Part shown: positions 59,285-64,000 of the stretch, one piece after another
How the letters are laid out: every line of letters begins with the position of its first letter
Numbering within the stretch: the first letter of the stretch is position 1
Assembly (NCBI GenBank): GCA_963779845.1
Contig: CAVZZV010000006.1
Span: 226,595-290,594, forward strand
From: an uncultured Bacteroidales bacterium
GTDB lineage: Bacteria > Bacteroidota > Bacteroidia > Bacteroidales > GCA-2748055
Reading direction: 5' to 3'
DNA length: 64,000 bases
The notes under the pieces: generated by a model
What the model saw: the letters and a program-made list of their open reading frames with translations, nothing else
Told to the model about the DNA's origin: nothing
Database searches by the model: none
Program-made: the position numbers and the translations under genes

Positions 59285-60825
59285 TTATTTAGCCGGGACC
59301 AAAGATTCATTTAATTTAAATCGTACAGGGGATGTGAAGGTAACATTTACATTTTTCCCTCTCTGGGATCCGGGTTTCCAGTCAGGCATTTCACGTATGA
59401 GTTTGAGTGCTGCTTCATTGAAAACATCATTATCGGAATGTTTAAGCTGCACCTCCTGAACTTTTCCTTTTGTATCTGATGGTATAGGAAACATATACTG
59501 TTCCTTCAAGTCCCTTTTTCACAGCTTCTTCGGGATACTTGAGATTCTTGGCAAAATAATCTCTGAAAGCGACCATTCCTCCGGGAAATTTAGGCATTTC
59601 TTCCACTATGAAAAAAGATATCATCCCCATTTGCCTCCAACCAATTTCCTCTTCGGAAATTTTTTCGGGTTTAGCAGATGCCGGCACATTCTGAGGATCA
59701 ATTTCATGTACCTTTTCGATGTAAGTTCAACCTTAATCATTTTCACCGGGTGAAGCCTTTAGAATCGACGGTTTCACAGCCGACAAAAGAAATCACCAGG
59801 CTGAGTATTCTTATCGGCCTCAAGGCTGAAGGTTCCGTCTATATCCGATACAGTGCCTATAGTGGTATTTTTTACAAGAATGCTCGCTCCGGGAACCGCT
59901 TCACCTGTTTGGGCCATTACAACTTTACCCCTGATGCTATCTTTTTGCTCCGTTCCGTTAATAAAACCCAATGCAAAAACTAAGCAGGGGTAAGTAGGAT
60001 TATCATTTTGACTAATCCGTTTGCAGATGATCTTCTGGTTTTCATCATTTCAAATCTTTTTTTGGTTATTGAATAATTGAACTGATTACTCAGGCTGAAA
60101 ACTCTGGCACCCAGAGCCTGATTAACAATCTGAGCCTTGTAATGAGCCGGATTTATTCCTGCCTGCAAAACTTTGCGATCGGCAAGATGCTCATGATTTT
60201 CCCTGATCATCCCGGATATAAGCCATGTAAAAGGATTAAACCATGTTAGTACAAATACTAGATTCGAGCAGGATCAAATCAAGAAAATGATATTGCCGGA
60301 TATGTGCTTCTTCATGAATAATTACTGGAAAGCTGCCTCATCATCGGATCGTAAGCGCTCTGGAATAAAAATCCGTTGAAAAAAGCTGAAAATTTCTTCT
60401 GATGCTGTATAAATAATATTTTTTTCTCTGATGTAATTTTCTAAGGTATATTTTCTTGAATCTGAAAAATTCAAAAATATTTCTCAGCAGAATCACCGAT
60501 ACCCGACTGAAATAAATGAAAATTATCCATTAAATCCTATCCAGGAATCCTGAAGGTGGATTTCGGTAAGGGCTTCCGACTGCCGGCAGAAACTTCTGTT
60601 GCCATACCCGGATCCAAGATAAAGGAGATGGATAAGCAAGAGGTAACTGAACAGAACTTAGTAAACCTGTTAAGGGAAATACTAAGAGAGAAATACGAGC
60701 GCCGATAACAGGTACCACCGCTTAAGCTGAAGGTTTCCGTCATTTCTGAGAACGAAATAATAGAGTATGACAAACATTGCTATGCCTCCTGAAATCTTTA
60801 ACAGATATGGAAAAAAACTATTCAT
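59285..60825 (-). pseudogene. BlaR1-like M56 metallopeptidase sensor fused to a carboxypeptidase-regulatory-like domain and a TonB C-terminal domain; at least 8 frameshifts
   Basis: The start ATG at 60825 overlaps the blaI stop (ATGA) and gives MNSFFPYLLKISGGIAMFVILYYFVLRN. Further pieces: HEEAHIRQYHFLDLILLE (HExxH), WFNPFTWLISGMIRENHEHLADRKVLQAG, IRGKVVMAQTGEAVPGASILVKNTTIGTVSDIDGTFSLE, VEEMPKFPGGMVAFRDYFAKNLKYPEEAVKKGLEGTVYVS, and ...VNVTFTSPVRFKL. Confidence 0.7.
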
Positions 60826-61198
60826 TGTTCCGTATCTTTTAATTCATTTTTCACTTCTTCCATAATCTCCGAAAGCTCTTCCAGGCTTATGTTATTTTCT
60901 TTGGCAAAAAACGTGGCAAGACCGGTAAAGGAGCCATTAAAGTATTTTCCCACCAGTCCGCCAAGATAGGATTTCAGATATTCCTGTTTGCTGATCACGG
61001 GGAAAATAAAGGTGTGTATTTCCGTAAGCCCTGTGATTAATAAAGCCTTTCCTTTCAAGTACCCTTACCACAGTGGAGACCGTGGTATAGGGGGTTTCCG
61101 GATCCTTTTAGTTCTGAAATAATATCCCTGACAACTGCTTCCTTCAATCTCCAGAGTACAAGCATCACCTCCTCTTCAGCTCTTGTAAGTTTTTTCAT
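60822..61198 (-). pseudogene. blaI: BlaI/MecI/CopY family winged-helix repressor, two frameshifts (near 61104-61105 and 60999-61002)
   Basis: MKKLTRAEEEVMLVLWRLKEAVVRDIISELK / PETPYTTVSTVVRVLERKGFINHRAYGNTHLYFP / VISKQEYLKSYLGGLVGKYFNGSF...EEVKNELKDTEQ*. Both shifts sit in short G/C runs. Confidence 0.8.
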
Positions 61199-61277
61199 TA
61201 CTTCATTTTATATAGAGTTCTGTTCCTGAATTAATTATCCTGCCAATACTCACTTTTGATCAGATAAACTTCTGAAA

Positions 61278-61285
61278 CAAATATA
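61278..61285 (-). promoter_or_regulatory. candidate -7 box (TATATTTG) for blaI-blaR
   Basis: Plus-strand CAAATATA is minus-strand TATATTTG, 80 nt upstream of the blaI ATG. It forms an 8-bp inverted repeat with TATATTTG at 61311-61318. Confidence 0.3.
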
Positions 61286-61466
61286 CAACTATTACTTTAA
61301 GTTTACCAACTATATTTGCAGTTATTTTACTTAAAAAACAGTTATTACATTCTTGATTTTAAAATATGAAGTTATTATTCTGATTTACAGATATTTATTT
61401 AAGTATGGGCATTATCTCCCGAAAAGATCATTCAGGAGAATTAAAAATGGGAGGCTGGTTGAAGTT

Positions 61467-62240
61467 TTACTTATTTTGTTTCTGTTCCATCTTTAAATGA
61501 TTCACCTTTGCTGCCAATGCGGCCCCTATAATTCCGGCTTCATTCTCGAATTGAGCGGGAAGAACCTTAGCCCGGGTTTTCAGATATTTAAAGAAATGGT
61601 CTTCTTTCTTGCTTGCACCCCCGCCAATAATAATCATTTCGGGCCATACCAGACTTTCCAACCGACCCAGGTATTCATTGAAACGCTTTCCCCATTTTTG
61701 CCAGTTCAGGTGATCAGCTTTACGGGCTGCGTCCGAAGCATATTTCTCCGCATCGTCACCCCGCAGGATAATGTGTCCTAATTCCAGGTTGGGGATCAGT
61801 TTTCCTTCAGAAAACATCACTGTTCCCAGCCCCGTACCTACCGTTACCAGCAAGACTACCCCCTTTTGCCCCTTTCCAGCACCAAATTTCATTTCGGCAA
61901 ATCCGGCAGCATCCGCATCATTAACAACATGCACAGGACAACCGGAAGCTTTCGTGAAAAGATCATCAATGTTGATGTTAATCCACGACTTGTCAATGTT
62001 TGCGGCAGTGAGTGCGATTCCTTTCTGAACAACGCCCGGGTATCCTACCCCTACAAGCCCACTCCATTTAAAATGTTTTACTATTTTTTTTATTACAAAA
62101 GCAATTGACTCGGGATTGGCCGGATTTGGTGTCGGTATACGGTACCTTTCGGTCAGTAATTTGCCTTTTTTAGTATGGACTATGGCTCCCTTTACCCCTG
62201 ATCCGCCAAAATCAATTCCAAGAACTTTTTTATACTTCAT
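61467..62240 (-). CDS. ppgK: ROK family glucokinase, polyphosphate glucokinase-like
   Basis: 257 aa. LGIDFGGSGVKGAIV, VVNDADAAG, GTGLGT. Confidence 0.8.
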   Translation of the reverse strand: MKYKKVLGIDFGGSGVKGAIVHTKKGKLLTERYRIPTPNPANPESIAFVIKKIVKHFKWSGLVGVGYPGVVQKGIALTAANIDKSWININIDDLFTKASGCPVHVVNDADAAGFAEMKFGAGKGQKGVVLLVTVGTGLGTVMFSEGKLIPNLELGHIILRGDDAEKYASDAARKADHLNWQKWGKRFNEYLGRLESLVWPEMIIIGGGASKKEDHFFKYLKTRAKVLPAQFENEAGIIGAALAAKVNHLKMEQKQNK

Positions 62241-62499
62241 CTCAAATGTTGTTAAGTGGGTATTAACAAGCAGTAATGCTTAAAAAATGAATCCCATGTA
62301 TTTATATGAAAACTGACTAAATGTAAAAAAATATTTTTAATTTAATGAACTTTTTGGTCCTAGAGCTACATTTTCCCATTTTATGGACAAAAGATTAACA
62401 AATTAAGCCTTAAGGAGATTCTATTTATCCAAAGTATGGAAATATCTCTTAAAATTAACATTTTCCCTCTCAAAATGTTACTATCAAAAACACAAAAAT

Positions 62500-64000
62500 A
62501 TGAGCCCCGTCTTTGAATTAGTCAGGGAAAAACTGGGAAAAGCATATTATGACCTGGAATTCCTTCTTCAGTGCCTCCGCGAGGTACTGGAAGAGAACAA
62601 TGAAGGTGAATTATCGGCCTTCATTCCGTGGATCAATAATAAACAATCCATCGGGAAATCCAAAAATGAACACAAGCTCCTTCATTTATATGCTTTAAGC
62701 TTTCAATTGCTAAATCTTATTGAAGTCAACGGTGCGGTACAAAACCGAAGGCTTAGAGAAGATGAATCAGGTCTGGCCAGCATTAATGGTATGTGGGCAG
62801 ATAACCTTGAATGGCTTAAGAGGGAAGGATTCACCGAATCCGAAATCCTTGAAGGTCTGAAAACGGTGGATGTGCAACCGGTACTTACCGCTCACCCCAC
62901 AGAAGCCAAACGTCCGCTTGTACTGGCAGAATACCGAAATCTCTACCTTCTGATGGTCAAAAGGGAAAATACGATGTACACCTCCCTTGAACAGGAGCAA
63001 ATCAGAGATGATATTAAAATTTCCCTCCATCGTTTGTGGCTGATCGACGATATTTTTCTGGAAAAACCCGATGTAAAATCAGAGCTCGACAATGTTATCC
63101 ACTATCTTGCCCAGGTATTTCCCATAACGCTTCCCTTGTTGGATAAAAAACTGCTACTGGCATGGAAGACCTGCGGTTTCAATCCCGATGCTCTGCAAAA
63201 GGCCGATAATTTTCCCCGCATAGAGTTTGGTACCTGGGTAGGTGGTGACCGCGATGGACATCCTCTGGTTACGGCTGAAATCACCAGTTACACGCTTCGT
63301 CAACTCAGGCTTAATGCCTTTGCTCTTTTGAGTAGAAACCTCGAAGATTTATCCAATAGCCTTGGCTTTTATTCGGACTATTCAGAGGTTCCCCGGAAAT
63401 TAAAAAACCGCATTAGCGAAATCACCCTCGAGCTGGGCGATTGCACGCACCCCATCCTTAGCCGGTACCCGAGAGAAATATTCCGTCAATATGTTCACCT
63501 GCTTCTTGCCAAGCTCCCCGTGGAGAACCACCGGGACCAGGGACTCAGCCTGCATGAGCGGCCAGGTAGTTACAAGAACTCCCATCAGTTAATATCCGAC
63601 CTTAAGCTCCTCTCCGACACTCTGGAAGAAATTGGGGCAGCCAGGATTGCCTTCAGCGATGTTCGCGAGATGATCAGGTTGGTGCAATCATTTGGTTTTC
63701 ATCTGGGGCAACTGGATATCCGTCAAAACAGCTCGTTTTATGAAAAAGCGCTTTCCCAACTTATTAAACAGTCCGGAATTAAAGATTATGCCTACGATTC
63801 CTGGGATGAGGAAAAACGTCTCGCATTTTTAAATGAGGAATTGAAAACCAACCGACCCTTTACCCGTGAAAATGACAAGCTGGAACCTGAGGCTGCCGAA
63901 ACGCTAAGTACTTTCCGCGTATTGCATGACCATATACAGAAGTTCTCCGATGCCGCAATTGGTTCACTAATCGTCAGTATGACCCGTTCTGTTTCGGATC
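62500..64000 (+). CDS. ppc: phosphoenolpyruvate carboxylase, N-terminal ~500 codons; gene runs off the right window edge
   Basis: Absent from the ORF track because there is no stop in the window. ATG 62500 gives MSPVFELVREKLGKAYYDLEFLLQCL..., with the PEPC signatures VLTAHPTEAKR and GTWVGGDRDGHP. Confidence 0.9.
   Translation, partial: MSPVFELVREKLGKAYYDLEFLLQCLREVLEENNEGELSAFIPWINNKQSIGKSKNEHKLLHLYALSFQLLNLIEVNGAVQNRRLREDESGLASINGMWADNLEWLKREGFTESEILEGLKTVDVQPVLTAHPTEAKRPLVLAEYRNLYLLMVKRENTMYTSLEQEQIRDDIKISLHRLWLIDDIFLEKPDVKSELDNVIHYLAQVFPITLPLLDKKLLLAWKTCGFNPDALQKADNFPRIEFGTWVGGDRDGHPLVTAEITSYTLRQLRLNAFALLSRNLEDLSNSLGFYSDYSEVPRKLKNRISEITLELGDCTHPILSRYPREIFRQYVHLLLAKLPVENHRDQGLSLHERPGSYKNSHQLISDLKLLSDTLEEIGAARIAFSDVREMIRLVQSFGFHLGQLDIRQNSSFYEKALSQLIKQSGIKDYAYDSWDEEKRLAFLNEELKTNRPFTRENDKLEPEAAETLSTFRVLHDHIQKFSDAAIGSLIVSMTRSVSD

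Noticed and set aside
62368-62467. 10-nt direct repeat ACATTTTCCC at 62368 and 62458 in the ppgK-ppc spacer
   Set aside because: It is a single pair of short repeats in AT-rich DNA, which is compatible with chance. I recognise no associated structure or known operator.
1-64000. Search by eye for CRISPR arrays, IS elements, integrases, phage genes, toxin-antitoxin pairs, restriction-modification or other defence genes, and rRNA/tRNA genes
   Set aside because: None were found. All spacers are 325 bp or shorter, and I found no CRISPR-like array of regularly spaced repeats. I cannot exclude small RNAs or short dispersed repeats without computational scanning (Infernal/Rfam, tRNAscan, self-dotplot).

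Overview
Gene-dense chromosomal core segment of a Bacteroidota bacterium, with about 55 protein-coding loci. By eye I found no rRNA, tRNA, CRISPR array, transposase or integrase. The phylum call rests on a SusC/SusD pair, T9SS hallmarks (a PorT-like gene and a T9SS C-terminal sorting domain), a BlaI/BlaR1-TonB module, and TAnnTTTG -7 boxes upstream of many genes. Content falls into four groups. Central metabolism: fbaA, acnA, ppc, ppgK-like, guaB, cysDN, ubiE, ftcD. Envelope biogenesis: BamA/TamA-like protein, patatin-Omp85 fusion, and a PpiD/SurA-like chaperone cluster with an OstA-like gene. Nucleic-acid maintenance: recQ-DUF5063-exonuclease-rlmI operon, recG, tex, mtaB, trmH-like. Energy conservation: a complete rseC-rnfBCDGEA operon. 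There is also one enzyme-less SusC/SusD/lipoprotein locus. The strongest signal not explained by ordinary annotation is the pattern of indels. Single frameshifts occur in conserved housekeeping genes (cysN, susC, ftcD, ptrB, guaB, rnfE). Two sharp-edged blocks (40.58-41.46 kb and 58.57-61.20 kb) are saturated with frameshifts and ignore gene boundaries. This points to local sequence-quality problems or very recent decay. I found no convincing new multi-gene system such as a defence island, toxin system or biosynthetic cluster. The best candidates for unexplored biology are the recQ-DUF5063-WRN-type exonuclease operon, the orphan SusCD-lipoprotein triad, and the patatin-POTRA-barrel protein. 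All family calls come from reading translated motifs and from memory of family signatures. No database search was run.
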